Origin: a virus
Length of the DNA: 64,000 bases
IMG/VR virus record: IMGVR_UViG_3300042541_002760
Direction: 5' to 3' (one strand)
The number at the start of each line of letters is the position of its first letter. The stretch's first letter is position 1. The notes below the pieces were generated by a model. That model saw nothing but the letters and a program-made list of their open reading frames with translations. It had not been told where the DNA came from and made no database searches. The translations under genes and the position numbers were made by a program. This document shows, piece after piece, positions 9,110 to 21,431 of the stretch.

Positions 9110-11548
9110 TTATGCCTGTGTAAGAAGTGCGCGAACGGTTACTCCACTATATCCAAAACTAGTTGCTGTGTAGCGAATATAATTGCCTACTGTATCCTGT
9201 GCCGCATTCCAAGAACTCCAATTAGTTCCATCTGTCGAATACTGCCATGTACCGTAGGAGGACAGAGTGACAGTATCATTCAATAGTTCATTGTTGTTGC
9301 TTGCATCATACAAACGAATTCTCATATTTGGGATATTTGATCCCCATGCAGCAACCTGTTTCCATGCGAATATCTTGCTTGCCGTAGAAGATTTTGACAG
9401 AGACGGCTGATAATGTGAATCCTGATTGGAGTCCTCATACAAACAAGCAATAGAGTATATGCGAGTGGGAACGCAGAGTTCGCCCATAATGTCAAACGCA
9501 ATCTTGAACTGAATGTAATCAGATACAGCAGCGGCTTCCAAATCCGCTCCTATAGCAATTTCTGTCCATGCACCACTATTATCGTCTATGCCACTTGTGC
9601 GATACCACATCTTGTAGGACTCAACGGGGAATCCGAGTCCGTATTCTCCTGCATATTCCATATGGTCAACATAGGCATGATAAAGTTTAGTGGCATTTGT
9701 AGTTGCAAGTTTAGGAGTGATGACTGCCTGACGGGTCGTTGACTCGTAGTACGCATCCGCAATGAAGGGGAAGACATACAGCCAATTCGATCCCGATGTC
9801 ACGGTTGAGGGTACGACGAACATCCAACCGTCTTCTGTCCACAGGGTAATTGTTGCTTGCGGAAACAGACCATCACTTGCTCCCGAGGGCGTTGTGGTCA
9901 ACTTCAATCTGTTCAAGTTGGCTCCGACCAACTTTTCAAACTGCGATCCATCCGTGACATACGGGGTCACATAGACTCCGAATCGTCCACTTGTAGTTGC
10001 CACGAACAATCGGTCGAGTGATGTCGAATAGTCAACCTGTGACATGGTTTGCAAAGCGGTATATGTGACGCTTCCGCCTGGTGGGACTTCGAGCATCGCA
10101 TCGGCTAGCCAACTCGTGTTTCCCGCCGTCAGGGTCGCCACGGGACATCGGTAGACCCTAGAGGTTGTCGTGAAGTAGAGGCTCTTTGATCCCAAAGCCG
10201 CACCGTGGTTCACGCTGAAGACTCTTCCGCTGTTGATCTGTGAAATGGTTCCCGTGGTCGCAACGCTTCCCGTCTTGAGGACGAATGCACTCACGCTTGT
10301 TCCGCTTGCAGGACCGCCCGTGAGCGCACCGACAGTCAATGCCGCCCGAATGTTGTACTTCACGATGATTGCATTTGCCGTAGTCGTTGTCGCATTCACG
10401 GAATACAGATCATGGTTCGTTGCGCTTCGCCCGTCATCGTCCACCGCAATTGTGGCAAGGACATTTCGGGCGGCGGAATGCACGGTATGGGTTCCCGTGC
10501 CCGCACCGCTGATGCTTTGTATCGAACCGTTCAGCGTGGTCGAGAGGGAGAATTGGTTCGTGCCGAGGTTCGTGCCGATGACATAGTAGACCGTGGCGGT
10601 AGACAAGCCCGTTGGGAGCGTGGTGGTGGTGGTGAACTGCACGGGGTCACCGACATTCAGTCCGTGGCTGCTCAACGACAGGATGTTCGTGGTGCTGTAG
10701 GTCACCGTCGCCGTCGCCGTGCCGAGCGTTCCCACCGCATCGGTGAGGAGATACGAGGCACGGACATTGTCCGTCGTGGTCGCTTCGGTGATCGTGGTTC
10801 CGCCGCTTGCGAATGTGCTGTGATTGAGTCCCTTGATGAGGTGAATACCGCCGTTGAGCAAGGTGGCATTCGTCACCGCAAGGGCTATGCGAATTTCTTC
10901 AATCACATACGATGTACCTCCACTCAGATTTACGGGTGCGCTAATTGTCAGAGAGGTATCACTTGCAATCGCAGTAATCTCATACCATGTGGTGACTGCG
11001 GTTGGGTCTGTGGTTCCAAATCCAATTCTTGCTCCAACTGCAATACGGTCGGTGGTGAACTGTGTGCTTGACCCTGTGATGGTGGTGGAAGAGCCACTTG
11101 TGGAAACTGTTCCCGATGTATGCTCATACACGATTCCACGAATCGAACGGACATTCTTGTTTCCTGATACCGTGGTTCCTGATAGCGTTATGAATCCCTT
11201 GAATGTCAGGGTCGATGTGCTTGAGTTGAACTCCGTGAGGGCGACTGTCCTCGTGGCGGCGGCGGTTGCGTTGGAAGCGGTGAACACCCAATAGATGTTG
11301 TCCGACCACTTGTACACATAGGGCATGAACTGCGATCCCGAGGTGAAGACTTCGGCGATGTTCACAATGGCTGATGGCTTTGAAGAAATATATTTGTCTT
11401 CTGGGTTTGCTCCCGTGGCTTGGCGAATAAGCGAGGAAAGCATGGTCTTGGTGGAATCATAACCACCCGCAGTTATACCAACGGCAGGAATTCCTCCTGT
11501 AAATCCTATAGTGTTCCCCGTAAAATGATGATCTACTGCTGCTTTCAT
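9110..11548 (-). CDS. Virion structural protein (Thr/Ser-rich beta protein), 812 aa
   Basis: [21 protein letters not shown] and [13 protein letters not shown]...LPTGLS...YYV motifs typical of phage virion proteins; ATGA overlap with the collagen gene. Confidence 0.65.
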   Translation of the reverse strand: MKAAVDHHFTGNTIGFTGGIPAVGITAGGYDSTKTMLSSLIRQATGANPEDKYISSKPSAIVNIAEVFTSGSQFMPYVYKWSDNIYWVFTASNATAAATRTVALTEFNSSTSTLTFKGFITLSGTTVSGNKNVRSIRGIVYEHTSGTVSTSGSSTTITGSSTQFTTDRIAVGARIGFGTTDPTAVTTWYEITAIASDTSLTISAPVNLSGGTSYVIEEIRIALAVTNATLLNGGIHLIKGLNHSTFASGGTTITEATTTDNVRASYLLTDAVGTLGTATATVTYSTTNILSLSSHGLNVGDPVQFTTTTTLPTGLSTATVYYVIGTNLGTNQFSLSTTLNGSIQSISGAGTGTHTVHSAARNVLATIAVDDDGRSATNHDLYSVNATTTTANAIIVKYNIRAALTVGALTGGPASGTSVSAFVLKTGSVATTGTISQINSGRVFSVNHGAALGSKSLYFTTTSRVYRCPVATLTAGNTSWLADAMLEVPPGGSVTYTALQTMSQVDYSTSLDRLFVATTSGRFGVYVTPYVTDGSQFEKLVGANLNRLKLTTTPSGASDGLFPQATITLWTEDGWMFVVPSTVTSGSNWLYVFPFIADAYYESTTRQAVITPKLATTNATKLYHAYVDHMEYAGEYGLGFPVESYKMWYRTSGIDDNSGAWTEIAIGADLEAAAVSDYIQFKIAFDIMGELCVPTRIYSIACLYEDSNQDSHYQPSLSKSSTASKIFAWKQVAAWGSNIPNMRIRLYDASNNNELLNDTVTLSSYGTWQYSTDGTNWSSWNAAQDTVGNYIRYTATSFGYSGVTVRALLTQA

Positions 11549-13797
11549 GTGATTCTCCTAATCTTTATGAACAATCCTACGCTTTGTATATCTGTATTAC
11601 TATTTATTACGAAATCAATCATGTCACCCGCACTCATTCCCGACCATGCGGTGATGCCTGTGTTTGAAGCCTTGAATTGACCGCTAAGGCTTGGGTAGTC
11701 TGATCCAACAATTGTTGTAGTTGATGGATAATTGGCAAATGATGATTTCTTCACATCAAACTGTATCGAACCTGTTTGACCCGCAACGACATACCATTCC
11801 AATGCTTGGCAATCATAGGGAATTAAACGATATCCTTTTTTTCCTATTGATATATTATCAGGAGTAGAATCTATGAATACAGAAAGAACATCCTCGCTTG
11901 GCCCTGTTGCACCCTGTGATCCTGTTGCACCTGTGACACCTTGAGAACCTGTAATACCCTGAGAACCTGTTACACCTTGAATGCCTTGAGATCCTGTAGC
12001 ACCCGTAGCACCTGTGACACCTTGAATGCCTTGAGATCCTGTAGCACCCGTAGCACCTGTGACACCTTGAATGCCTTGAGATCCTGTAGCACCCGTAGCA
12101 CCTTGTGCACCAACGGAACCTGCACTAATGGTTGTCTTTACATAAGAAACATCTTCTCCCTCATAGGAAGTAATAACATTAAAACTAGCAGAACCGCTTA
12201 CTCTAGCAGCATAAACTTTAAAAACTAATCTATCTGTTGTTAAAAACGAGAAAGCAGAAGCATATGCAACAGTCCATCTAATTTCTGCTTTGGTTTGATT
12301 AGAAAACTGTTCAGAATACCCATTTCTGAGTAGAGTTTCTGTTCCTGATAGATCTCTTTTCCACAATTGAAAATTTAATCTTGCAATACAGTTTACATTA
12401 TCGTCTTGATATGCATGAATGATTCTCTCTGCAATGCCTGTAGGAAGAGATCCTACTCCTGGTTCGCCTACATCAGTTATAAATGATGCAATGAAAACAT
12501 CACTAGTACCACTAACAGCGGTGGTAATACTTGTAATTGCATTAGGTGATGGAGATGTAACTGCTTTTTTGTATCCTACAACATCAGCAGTTACTCCTGC
12601 CCAAAGATAATAGATTCTACCAGCATTTCCACCTGCGATTCCTTGAGGACCTGTAGCACCTGTTGCACCCTGAGATCCTGTAGCACCAGTAGCACCAGTG
12701 GAACCTGTGATACCATTAGAACCTGTTGCACCTTGAGAACCTGTTGCTCCTGTGACACCTTGAATGCCTTGAGAACCTGTTGCACCTGTAACACCTTGAG
12801 AACCTGTAGCACCTGTGACACCTTGAATACCCTGTTCACCTGTGACACCTTGAATACCCTGTTCACCTGTAGCACCCGTGACACCTTGAATGCCTTGAGA
12901 ACCTGTTGCACCTGTAACACCTTGAGAACCTGTAGCACCTGTGACACCTTGAATACCTTGAGAACCTGTTGCACCTGTTGCACCTGTGACACCTTGAATA
13001 CCTTGAGAACCTGTTGCACCTGTTGCACCTGTGACACCTTGAATGCCCTGTTCACCTGTAGAACCTGTGACACCTTGAATGCCCTGAGAACCTGTTGCAC
13101 CTGTGACACCTTGAATACCTTGAGAACCTGTTGCACCTGTTGCACCTGTGACACCTTGAATGCCCTGAGATCCTGTTGCACCTGTGACACCTTGAATACC
13201 TTGAGAACCTGTTTCACCCTGTGATCCCGTGACACCTTGAATGCCCTGAGAACCTGTGGCTCCTGTGACACCTTGAATTCCTTGAGAACCTGTAGCACCC
13301 TGTGATCCTGTTACACCTTGAGATCCCGTTGTACCTGTGATGCCTTGAATGCCTTGAGATCCCGTTGCACCTGTGACACCTTGAATGCCTTGAGATCCTG
13401 TTGCACCTGTTGCACCTGTGACACCTTGAGAACCTGTAGCACCTGTGACACCTTGAATGCCTTGAGATCCTGTTGCACCTGTGACACCTTGAGGACCTGT
13501 TGCACCTGTTGCACCTTGAATGCCTTGAGATCCTGTTGCACCCTGTGATCCTGTTGCACCCTGAATGCCTTGAGATCCTGTTGCACCCTGAGAACCTGTG
13601 GCTCCCACGGATCCTGTAACACCTTGAGATCCTGTTGCACCTGTAATACCCTGAATGCCTTGAGAACCTGGCGCACCCGTGGCACCATATGTACTTGAAG
13701 TATAGACATCCCATGCAATACCGTTCCATTGCCAAGAACGAACACCATTTGTGTACATTTCATTCAGTGCTGGTGATGGAGGAAAATCTAATGGCAT
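11545..13797 (-). CDS. Collagen-like fibre protein, 750 aa
   Basis: Long G-X-Y tracts ([12 protein letters not shown]); N-terminal [18 protein letters not shown] module. Confidence 0.85.
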   Translation of the reverse strand: MPLDFPPSPALNEMYTNGVRSWQWNGIAWDVYTSSTYGATGAPGSQGIQGITGATGSQGVTGSVGATGSQGATGSQGIQGATGSQGATGSQGIQGATGATGPQGVTGATGSQGIQGVTGATGSQGVTGATGATGSQGIQGVTGATGSQGIQGITGTTGSQGVTGSQGATGSQGIQGVTGATGSQGIQGVTGSQGETGSQGIQGVTGATGSQGIQGVTGATGATGSQGIQGVTGATGSQGIQGVTGSTGEQGIQGVTGATGATGSQGIQGVTGATGATGSQGIQGVTGATGSQGVTGATGSQGIQGVTGATGEQGIQGVTGEQGIQGVTGATGSQGVTGATGSQGIQGVTGATGSQGATGSNGITGSTGATGATGSQGATGATGPQGIAGGNAGRIYYLWAGVTADVVGYKKAVTSPSPNAITSITTAVSGTSDVFIASFITDVGEPGVGSLPTGIAERIIHAYQDDNVNCIARLNFQLWKRDLSGTETLLRNGYSEQFSNQTKAEIRWTVAYASAFSFLTTDRLVFKVYAARVSGSASFNVITSYEGEDVSYVKTTISAGSVGAQGATGATGSQGIQGVTGATGATGSQGIQGVTGATGATGSQGIQGVTGSQGITGSQGVTGATGSQGATGPSEDVLSVFIDSTPDNISIGKKGYRLIPYDCQALEWYVVAGQTGSIQFDVKKSSFANYPSTTTIVGSDYPSLSGQFKASNTGITAWSGMSAGDMIDFVINSNTDIQSVGLFIKIRRIT
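12640..13690. repeat. Collagen (G-X-Y)n coding repeat built from 9-nt units
   Basis: Recurring acctgtgac/accttgaat/gccttgaga/acctgttgc units; same units at 11900-12110, 16470-16960 and 17090-17710. Confidence 0.95.
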
Positions 13798-13815
13798 GTG
13801 TTAATTACTTAACAA

Positions 13816-14118
13816 TCAAACATCAGTCGATCCAACAAACTCACCATTCGGAATGGACTTTGTAAAGGTATATGCAGATTTTACCTCATTCATTCCCTCA
13901 GCATCAATGACAGCAGGTGCAAACCACACATCAAAATCAAACACAGTGATGGTTCTTTCATCAAGAGGAATCTTATTGTCTATTCTCGCTTGTTCGGAAA
14001 CATATCCATCCAAAATAACTGTACCTGTCTTGGCGGTATGATTCAGATTCAGAGTACGAATCTTCCAATATTGCGAATAGGTTCCTGTAGGATGTTGAAT
14101 AATTTGTTGTAGTGCCAT
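13816..14118 (-). CDS. Hypothetical protein, 100 aa (tail-fibre associated)
   Basis: Coupled ORF in fibre operon; YWKI...GYVSEQAR pattern. Confidence 0.6.
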   Translation of the reverse strand: MALQQIIQHPTGTYSQYWKIRTLNLNHTAKTGTVILDGYVSEQARIDNKIPLDERTITVFDFDVWFAPAVIDAEGMNEVKSAYTFTKSIPNGEFVGSTDV

Positions 14119-14438
14119 TATGTTGACTCCAATACTGATACGATGATATCAAGTCCCGCAGTTAATCCTGCTGTAACTTTGAGTGTATCTCCTGTTACGA
14201 GTGGAATTGGTGCATCAAGTGCTTGGTATGTTGCTTGAATTGGAACTGCTGCTGCACGAACAATGTAGTACCCTGTTGCTCCCTTGAACAACTGAACAGA
14301 TACACTATTGGCTAGTGTGGTGTTACTGTTGGCAACATGAATAGCATTCACTATTGCAGTTCCTGTGATTCCTGCATAGATTACGGTGGCTGCTGTGACA
14401 CCGACTGAAGTTGCGTAATTTGTGTATATGTCTGGCAT
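14118..14438 (-). CDS. Small virion structural protein, 106 aa
   Basis: TAIVNAIHVAN...L.TGDTLKV...DIIVSVLE pattern of small T4-like structural proteins; TAAATA and SD upstream. Confidence 0.6.
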   Translation of the reverse strand: MPDIYTNYATSVGVTAATVIYAGITGTAIVNAIHVANSNTTLANSVSVQLFKGATGYYIVRAAAVPIQATYQALDAPIPLVTGDTLKVTAGLTAGLDIIVSVLEST

Positions 14439-14462
14439 TAGTATTTCCTTTGATATTTATGC

Positions 14463-15503
14463 TTATGGTGCGGAGGATTTGTACGGGTGATCATTAGGAA
14501 GACTTGCTTGTAATCCCCATTTATGTGCAAGGTAACCTTCAACTTGTTGTCTTTCGACAGTATCCCAAGAATAATTCGATATAATAATTTCTGCCATCTT
14601 GCCATTGTAGAATAGACCAGGATATTGACCCAAAATAAATGCTGCGCCTAATGAAGGAGTATCACCCAGACCACCATTATTTGTAAAAGTACTGTTGAGG
14701 GTTCCTGCCACATGGGCAGTTCCAGCACCCAATCCTGTCTTGATTAGTGTAAAGAAAGTTCCAGTATTAATTACGAAGAATGATCCTCCAGAATATGTTC
14801 TGTAGTTGGATGTAGTATCTCCCCAATACAATCCTCCATCACTTTTGATTTCAACCAAGAATTCCCAACTACCTTCTGGCACATAAAGCAAAACTTCTTG
14901 ACCGCTGATTGTATCTGGCTTTACTGCCCATGCCATGCTATAAGTATTGTCTCCCGATAATTCTGAATGTAATGGTGTTGTTCCTCCACTTATCGTCATT
15001 GAATCGTCTGAACCATCCCAATCAATGAGTCCTAATGAGTTCATTCCACTAGAAATATATGTTGGTTGATTTGCTCCATTCGCTTGTGTTGCGTGTCTTT
15101 CGTTTCCACTCTTGTCGTTCCATTGAGAAACAGTAGTGTCATTAAGGATGATTGTACTAGAGTCTGCTGCGTCTAACCAACAAGCAGTAGAAGTAAGATT
15201 GGCAGGTGTCCACCCAACACTAACAGTATTAATAAACGCTCCCAAATCTCTCTCTATGAAATGCTTCAACATCGGAATGGTTCCTGCCTTTGTACGGCGT
15301 TGATCGGTTGTTCCGTTGTAACCAGAGTTTAATCCAAATCCCCGTTTAGGAATTAGAAGATTCTGCTTTGCCCAGATATTACTTTTTTGTATTCCTGTTT
15401 CTTGACGCACACCAACCCATGAAGAACCATCCCATGCCCACACCTTTCCTTCGTAGGTGTATTCTTGGTTTACTGACGGAGATGTTGGAAATTGTATTGG
15501 CAT
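14463..15503 (-). CDS. LamG/concanavalin-like lectin domain virion protein (start re-assigned to MPIQFPTSP)
   Basis: WTPA..WLDAAD...VSQWNDKSG.HATQ..QP.Y...ERQQVEGYLAHKWGL..LP.DHPYK motifs. Confidence 0.65.
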   Translation of the reverse strand: MPIQFPTSPSVNQEYTYEGKVWAWDGSSWVGVRQETGIQKSNIWAKQNLLIPKRGFGLNSGYNGTTDQRRTKAGTIPMLKHFIERDLGAFINTVSVGWTPANLTSTACWLDAADSSTIILNDTTVSQWNDKSGNERHATQANGANQPTYISSGMNSLGLIDWDGSDDSMTISGGTTPLHSELSGDNTYSMAWAVKPDTISGQEVLLYVPEGSWEFLVEIKSDGGLYWGDTTSNYRTYSGGSFFVINTGTFFTLIKTGLGAGTAHVAGTLNSTFTNNGGLGDTPSLGAAFILGQYPGLFYNGKMAEIIISNYSWDTVERQQVEGYLAHKWGLQASLPNDHPYKSSAP

Positions 15504-15508
15504 GGGGG

Positions 15509-16387
15509 TTATGGTGCTAAGTTTTTGTATGGGTGATCCGAGGGAAGACTTGAAGTAAGTCCCCATTTCCATGCAAGGTAGCCTTCAATAAGTTGTCTTG
15601 TGGTGGTATCTGTAGTTTGTACCATTATCACTTCACCAAACACAAGATTTGACTGTCTCGCAGTACCAAATTGTTTTGCTAATGCATAACCAATATTAGT
15701 ATTGTTTGGTGTGGAAATAGTATTAGTTGTGCCTTCTATTGTACCATTTCTCCATACACCCCATCCTGTAGTATTACTTTGAAATGACATTATATTACCA
15801 ACATTATTAGAGTATACAGTTCCGCTACTCAAATCATAATTACCAGTTCCAGGTGCTTGGTAATATGGATACGAAGCACCAAAATTATTAGTGTTTTTAA
15901 TAAAATGTATGGATCCTATTTCTGTTTTTCCTGCATTAAGACAACCAATTGTTGGTCTATAAGTATCAGTACCAGTCCCTGCACCACTTCTTGAAAACAC
16001 CCAATACACTCCATGTGTTTGATTTTGTTGTGCCGTAGTTGCAATCTCTAATGTATCATCAACACCATCAAATAATACTCCTGGTAACGAACCAGGAAAA
16101 GCAGTGGCAGAATACGATGGTTGTAATGATCCAGTGGCTTGTATAGCATTAACTCCACCACCTTTTCTATCAGCCCATGAGGAAACTCCTGTTGAAATTA
16201 TAATAGTTGAAGATACAGAAGCATCCAACCAAAAAACAGTAGAAATTTGTGCAGGTGTCCAGAAAACACTACCAAACAATCCCAAATTTCTCTCCATGTT
16301 GTGCTTCAACATAGGAATAGTTCCTGCCTTTGTACGGCGTTGATCTGTGTTGCCACAGTATCCTGAATTGAGTCGCCATCTTCTCAT
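15509..16387 (-). CDS. LamG-like lectin domain virion protein, paralog (start MRRWRL)
   Basis: Same [23 protein letters not shown] motifs; ATGA overlap with the collagen gene stop. Confidence 0.65.
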   Translation of the reverse strand: MRRWRLNSGYCGNTDQRRTKAGTIPMLKHNMERNLGLFGSVFWTPAQISTVFWLDASVSSTIIISTGVSSWADRKGGGVNAIQATGSLQPSYSATAFPGSLPGVLFDGVDDTLEIATTAQQNQTHGVYWVFSRSGAGTGTDTYRPTIGCLNAGKTEIGSIHFIKNTNNFGASYPYYQAPGTGNYDLSSGTVYSNNVGNIMSFQSNTTGWGVWRNGTIEGTTNTISTPNNTNIGYALAKQFGTARQSNLVFGEVIMVQTTDTTTRQLIEGYLAWKWGLTSSLPSDHPYKNLAP

Positions 16388-19300
16388 GATAAGAACCACC
16401 CTCTCTTGAAGTCTACGATGTATTGAACTGCACCTGTGAGTCCATTGACGGAGATTACATAATCACCAACTGGTCCTGTAGCACCTGTGACACCTTGAGG
16501 ACCTGTTGCACCTGTAGCACCATTTGTTCCATTAGCACCAGTAGCACCTGTGACACCTTGAATTCCTTGAGATCCTGTTGCACCTGTGACACCTTGAATG
16601 CCTTGAATGCCCTGTTCACCTGTGACACCTTGAATTCCTTGAGATCCTGTGGCTCCTGTGACACCTGTGACACCTTGAATGCCTTGAGAACCTGTTGCAC
16701 CTGTAGCACCTGTGACACCTTGAATGCCTTGAGAACCTGTTGCACCTGTAACACCTTGAATGCCTTGAATACCTTGAGATCCTGTAGCACCTGTAACACC
16801 TTGAATGCCTTGAATACCTTGAGATCCTGTAGCACCTGTAACACCTTGAATGCCCTGTTCACCTGTAGCACCTGTGACACCTTGAATGCCCTGTGATCCC
16901 GTTGCACCTGTTGCACCATTCGTACCACTTGTTCCATTAGCACCTGTTGCTCCTTGAGGGCCAAAAGGTTCAACCCAATAGGAAGATGTTCCGTCTGTAA
17001 TATAAACAAATATATTTCCGCTTGTGGTGTTGAACCACATATCACCGTATGTGGCTCCTGCTGGTGCTGTGGTTGATGAGGTGAAACTTATTGCACCTGT
17101 TGCACCTGTGACACCTTGAATGCCCTGAGATCCTGTTGCACCTGTGACACCTGTGACACCTTGAATGCCCTGTTCACCTGTAGCACCTGTGACACCTTGA
17201 ATGCCCTGAGATCCTGTTGCACCTGTGACACCTGTGACACCTTGAATGCCCTGTTCACCTGTAGCACCTGTGACACCTTGAATGCCCTGAGATCCTGTTG
17301 CACCTGTTGCACCTGTGACACCTTGAATGCCCTGAGATCCTGTTGCACCTGTGACACCTGTGACACCTTGAATGCCCTGTTCACCTGTAGCACCTGTGAC
17401 ACCTTGAATGCCCTGTTCACCTGTAGAACCTGTGACACCTTGAATGCCTTGGGAACCTGTGACACCTTGAATGCCCTGTTCACCTGTAGCACCTGTGACA
17501 CCTTGAATACCTTGAGAACCTGTTGCACCTGTGACACCTTGAATACCTTGAGAACCTGTTGCACCTGTTACACCCTGTGATCCCGTAACACCTTGAGATC
17601 CCGTTGTACCTGTGATGCCTTGAATTCCTTGAGATCCTGTTGCACCCGCGACACCTTGAGAACCTGTTGCACCCTGTGATCCTGTAACACCTTGAGAACC
17701 TGTTGCACCAATTAATCCCGTATAGGTTGGCTGAATCCATTGATCGCTATTGCCATCATTAATATAAACATATTCAATACCACTATTGGAAGAAACCCAA
17801 CGATCACCTTGTGTAGCCCCATTGGGTGCAGTCAAACCATATGTGAAGGTATTAGCAGCAGTATATTGTTCGGTATTGTTTTTGAATTTGATATAGGATG
17901 AAATATTCCCATTACCATTTAAATTTAATGCACCAGGAACATTTAAATTGCTGCCATCAAATGTAAAATATTGAGTTGCTGCAAGATCAGTTACATCATC
18001 ATTTGCAAATTGAATTGATCCTGCTTGTGCTTTCAGTGAGAGATGGTTTGTGATCGTTACTTCGCCCGTACCGCCCGTAGGACTAATATCGATTCCGACT
18101 CCCGCAATAATTCTACTTATTGCTCCAACGCCAACGCCACCACCTGTTCCACCGCCACCCGTATTAGTAATGGTTAATGTGTTACTAGATGGATCTGTGG
18201 TTAGGTTAATACCCGACCCTGCAACAAATGTCAGGGTTTCTTTGTCATATTGAACAGCCGTTAATCCCGATTGCCCCGAGACAGATATGAATTTAAATGC
18301 TTCGCCAAGACCACCACCACCGTCATATAGTATTGGTGTGGTTGGAGTAATCTTTGAAAGATCAATCGATAGATGCTGCCGCTGTTTGTCAAGTTTCAGT
18401 GGATACTGAACCGAAAGCAGTCCTGCATCTCCCTTGTCGCCTTTATCTCCCTTGTCTCCCTTGTCTCCCTGATGTCCCTGTCCCCCGTCCTTTCCATCAA
18501 TGCCATTGGCACCTACAAGCCCGCTCTCTCCTGCCACTCCTTGAATTCCCTGAGTGCCTCGTTCGCCTTGGTCTCCCTTATCTCCCTTGTCTCCTCTATC
18601 GCCCTTCTCGCCTCTTTCTCCGTCTTTTCCATCCGATCCTCGTTCGCCTTGGTCTCCCTTATCTCCTTTGGCACCCTGAAGTCCTTGTGAACCGATATCT
18701 CCCCGTTCACCCTTCTCTCCTTTTTCCCCTTGAAGACCTGGAACTCCTCGTTCGCCTTGGGAGCCTTGTGATCCCGCTGCTCCCTCTTCGCCCTTCTCAC
18801 CCTGATCGCCTTTTTCGCCTTTTTCGCCATCGGTGCCCCTTTCGCCTTGAGTGCCAGGTGATCCGTGTTCGCCTTGTTCGCCTTGTTCGCCCTGATCGCC
18901 TTTTTCGCCTTGATCACCCTTTTCGCCCTGTTCGCCTTGATCACCCTGATCGCCTTTATTTCCCTTGTTGCCACGAATACCAGGAATTCCATCTTCACCT
19001 CGAAGACCTTGAATTCCTTGATTTCCCTGTTCACCACGAACAACTTCGGTAATGATTTTTTTGATTGGCTTTTCTGTAGGCTGTACGAAAACATCTTCAG
19101 TTAAAGATTCAACAAGAACGAATGAGTTGTCGAGCACATCCCGACCACCCTTAAGAATGATTGGGTTACCATCGGCATCAAAGAAAAATGCTTCTCCGAT
19201 TCCCTTATATGTGTATGTTTTCCCACCAACACAGGCTGTTGCAGGGGCATATGTAAATATAGATCCCGCATCATAATCCATGAGGGGAGTAACGAGTTTT

Positions 19301-19395
19301 ACCTGTGTTCCTACGGGAATGCCTGATGTCAGTCGAATAAATTCAACGGGTTCATCATCACTGGAATTGAGATAGTCGTTAAATCTATTTGTCAT
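16384..19395 (-). CDS. Collagen-like fibre protein, 1003 aa
   Basis: Charged GEK/GDQ collagen tract (18420-19030) plus two GAT/GIQ/GVT tracts; two GDxW...G..YVY..DG..W modules; C-terminal [11 protein letters not shown]. Confidence 0.85.
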   Translation of the reverse strand: MTNRFNDYLNSSDDEPVEFIRLTSGIPVGTQVKLVTPLMDYDAGSIFTYAPATACVGGKTYTYKGIGEAFFFDADGNPIILKGGRDVLDNSFVLVESLTEDVFVQPTEKPIKKIITEVVRGEQGNQGIQGLRGEDGIPGIRGNKGNKGDQGDQGEQGEKGDQGEKGDQGEQGEQGEHGSPGTQGERGTDGEKGEKGDQGEKGEEGAAGSQGSQGERGVPGLQGEKGEKGERGDIGSQGLQGAKGDKGDQGERGSDGKDGERGEKGDRGDKGDKGDQGERGTQGIQGVAGESGLVGANGIDGKDGGQGHQGDKGDKGDKGDKGDAGLLSVQYPLKLDKQRQHLSIDLSKITPTTPILYDGGGGLGEAFKFISVSGQSGLTAVQYDKETLTFVAGSGINLTTDPSSNTLTITNTGGGGTGGGVGVGAISRIIAGVGIDISPTGGTGEVTITNHLSLKAQAGSIQFANDDVTDLAATQYFTFDGSNLNVPGALNLNGNGNISSYIKFKNNTEQYTAANTFTYGLTAPNGATQGDRWVSSNSGIEYVYINDGNSDQWIQPTYTGLIGATGSQGVTGSQGATGSQGVAGATGSQGIQGITGTTGSQGVTGSQGVTGATGSQGIQGVTGATGSQGIQGVTGATGEQGIQGVTGSQGIQGVTGSTGEQGIQGVTGATGEQGIQGVTGVTGATGSQGIQGVTGATGATGSQGIQGVTGATGEQGIQGVTGVTGATGSQGIQGVTGATGEQGIQGVTGVTGATGSQGIQGVTGATGAISFTSSTTAPAGATYGDMWFNTTSGNIFVYITDGTSSYWVEPFGPQGATGANGTSGTNGATGATGSQGIQGVTGATGEQGIQGVTGATGSQGIQGIQGVTGATGSQGIQGIQGVTGATGSQGIQGVTGATGATGSQGIQGVTGVTGATGSQGIQGVTGEQGIQGIQGVTGATGSQGIQGVTGATGANGTNGATGATGPQGVTGATGPVGDYVISVNGLTGAVQYIVDFKRGWFLS

Positions 19396-19433
19396 CGTAA
19401 ACCCATAGAAGGGCAGTTTACGAGGTATTTAGG
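19393..19433 (-). repeat. 41-bp late promoter + hairpin leader, copy 2
   Basis: 39/41 identical to 8849-8889. Confidence 0.9.
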
Positions 19434-19439
19434 GTCAAC

Positions 19440-20120
19440 CTAAACGGCTGTAAGTGCCTTCCATGAGACAGGAAAGAGACCTTTAAGTATTCTTCCAATA
19501 GCATTTGAATACTCTCGAACTTCCCACTGTGCATGAGGATCGGATCGAAGTTTGCAGACCCTAGAATATGCAGCAAGACTTCCCGTCCACCACCACTCAG
19601 TATATGTTCCTTGTGGTAATACAAATCGTGCTTGCTCGGGAGCGATTCCCTGATCGATCAAAAGGTTGTAACAATTAATCGCCTTATGAATGCTTTCATA
19701 GTATGCATTATCTAAAGTTTCCCATTTCGATACATCTTCAACAAAGCCTTCACTTCCTTGCTTTGCATTTTGAGTTGGCTTTGTGCGCCACAATGGTTTG
19801 TAAACTTCAGGTGCATCCGTAACATAACGGCGAGAGACTTCGTTTTCTACGAATCCCTGTTTGTGCTTGAAGAGTTGTGTGCGTATGGAGATTGGTGCTT
19901 TGATTCGCAGAGTGATCTGTGGATGTGCAAAGGGAGTCCAATGATTGTGTTTTGCAAGATATGAGATCAGTTTCTCATCCTTATCAACAAACTCCATACT
20001 CTCTTTATGAAATGAAACACGAGCAGCATTAACTACCGTGAGATCACTACCCATGTGCGAAACATATTGAACAAAGCCAATTCCGTCAAGAACGGAAGTG
20101 GATACTTCATTTTCTACCAT
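19440..20120 (-). CDS. thyX: FAD-dependent thymidylate synthase
   Basis: VVNAARVSF, HWTPF, QLFKHK..F.ENEVSRRY, EQARFVLP, HAQWEVR motifs. Confidence 0.95.
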   Translation of the reverse strand: MVENEVSTSVLDGIGFVQYVSHMGSDLTVVNAARVSFHKESMEFVDKDEKLISYLAKHNHWTPFAHPQITLRIKAPISIRTQLFKHKQGFVENEVSRRYVTDAPEVYKPLWRTKPTQNAKQGSEGFVEDVSKWETLDNAYYESIHKAINCYNLLIDQGIAPEQARFVLPQGTYTEWWWTGSLAAYSRVCKLRSDPHAQWEVREYSNAIGRILKGLFPVSWKALTAV

Positions 20121-20126
20121 ACTTTT

Positions 20127-20375
20127 TTACTCCTCAGTGGAATCTTCAGATGCTTTTTCTGCATTGACCGCTGCACGAACTTCAGGGCGAAGTGAATCAA
20201 TTCGATCACTTACTTTGTGATAAAGAGATGCAAAGATTGCATCCTTTGCTTCACTTGCCTTGCCATCCATTACAAGATCAATGATGGTGGGAAAATCTCC
20301 AACCACACCATTATCTGTATCGTCTTCCATATCAACATCGTCCATGCTCAGATCAGGTTCTTCTTCATTATTCAT
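20127..20375 (-). CDS. Acidic small protein, possibly a prohead core protein
   Basis: CTAAATA + GGAGG SD before ATG 20375; IIDLVMDGKASEAKDAI..L..KVSDRID. Confidence 0.55.
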   Translation of the reverse strand: MNNEEEPDLSMDDVDMEDDTDNGVVGDFPTIIDLVMDGKASEAKDAIFASLYHKVSDRIDSLRPEVRAAVNAEKASEDSTEE

Positions 20376-20391
20376 ATTCAATCCTCCGTTG

Positions 20392-21420
20392 TTATTTAGC
20401 CCACTTGTTGAGTGCAATATGTCCTGCCAATCCCGAATGTGAATTTCTCATGATGTCATGCAGTATTGTGGTCTTTCCGTGTCCTGCCAACACCATATCA
20501 TTGATATCTTTTAGCCCACGAAAACGATCAGACCATACACAAACTCTATGCCCATTTTCCAATAAGCGTCCCATGGTTTCTACAACCTGCTTATTTCGAG
20601 GTTCATTGTCAAGTGCATATATCAGTTCTGAATTCTTTAGTTCTGTGGGAATGTTTGTAGCATCCGAAAGCCCAATCATCGCAACAGCATTATCAAGAAA
20701 CATACTGTCGATAGGCCCTTCGACCACAATGATTGGTTTTTTGATATTGCATTTATCAAGACCGAACCACATCTTGGCAGCATCCCTGTCTGCTTTTACG
20801 GTGATGTATCGAAGAGTATTTCGATTTGGATTTTTACTTCCAATGATTCTGCCTTGTGCACCAACTACTCTTCCATCAATATCCAAGATGGGGATGACAA
20901 TTCGTTCGTCTTCTCCTGCCTCGACAAGAGGATCAATGTTCTTTGCCCACTCACCATAGTTGTCTGAGTAGTATAGGCGACTCATATTCTCCGTTGACAA
21001 CTGTCTATTGATAGCCCATGCAACAGCAGGGTGTTTTTTGGGCAAGGTATCAAGTCGCGGTATAAGGCTGAGAACTTTGTCTTCGGCTTTATGTGGAACA
21101 GGAACTACTTCTATTTGCTTTGGTGTGCGTCCATAGATAATTCCCGTTTCCTTCAACACCTCAAACACATACTGCTTGTACAGATTTACATCAAGCGTTT
21201 TGAGAAGCCAACTGATTGTTGCACTGTAGTCACAGTTGTGGCATTTGCATGAGAATGCCCCCTTCTTCTCATAGATGTAGAAGCGAGTCTTGCTCTTGCT
21301 CTTGGTGCTGTCGCCACAGATGGGACAACGACAGACTGCAAGGCTTGACTTCTTCCACTGAAAGCGATCTAGTCGAGGAGACAGCAGATTAATATATTTG
21401 GTGTCGATGTGAATCGGCAT
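20392..21420 (-). CDS. gp61: DNA primase (T4 gp61-like)
   Basis: CRCPICGDS.KSKSKTR...CHNC zinc finger; TOPRIM VEGPIDSMFL, DNEPRN, KDINDM. Confidence 0.95.
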   Translation of the reverse strand: MPIHIDTKYINLLSPRLDRFQWKKSSLAVCRCPICGDSTKSKSKTRFYIYEKKGAFSCKCHNCDYSATISWLLKTLDVNLYKQYVFEVLKETGIIYGRTPKQIEVVPVPHKAEDKVLSLIPRLDTLPKKHPAVAWAINRQLSTENMSRLYYSDNYGEWAKNIDPLVEAGEDERIVIPILDIDGRVVGAQGRIIGSKNPNRNTLRYITVKADRDAAKMWFGLDKCNIKKPIIVVEGPIDSMFLDNAVAMIGLSDATNIPTELKNSELIYALDNEPRNKQVVETMGRLLENGHRVCVWSDRFRGLKDINDMVLAGHGKTTILHDIMRNSHSGLAGHIALNKWAK

Positions 21421-21431
21421 GGATTGTTGCT

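Noticed and set aside
11900-17740. Repetitive alternate-frame ORFs ([22 protein letters not shown]) and CRISPR-like periodicity
   Set aside because: Shadows of 9-nt collagen codon repeats; no unique spacers and no cas genes.
439-19395. Diversity-generating retroelement or invertase shufflon acting on fibre genes
   Set aside because: No reverse transcriptase or recombinase in the window; repeats are direct and differences are not visibly adenine-restricted.
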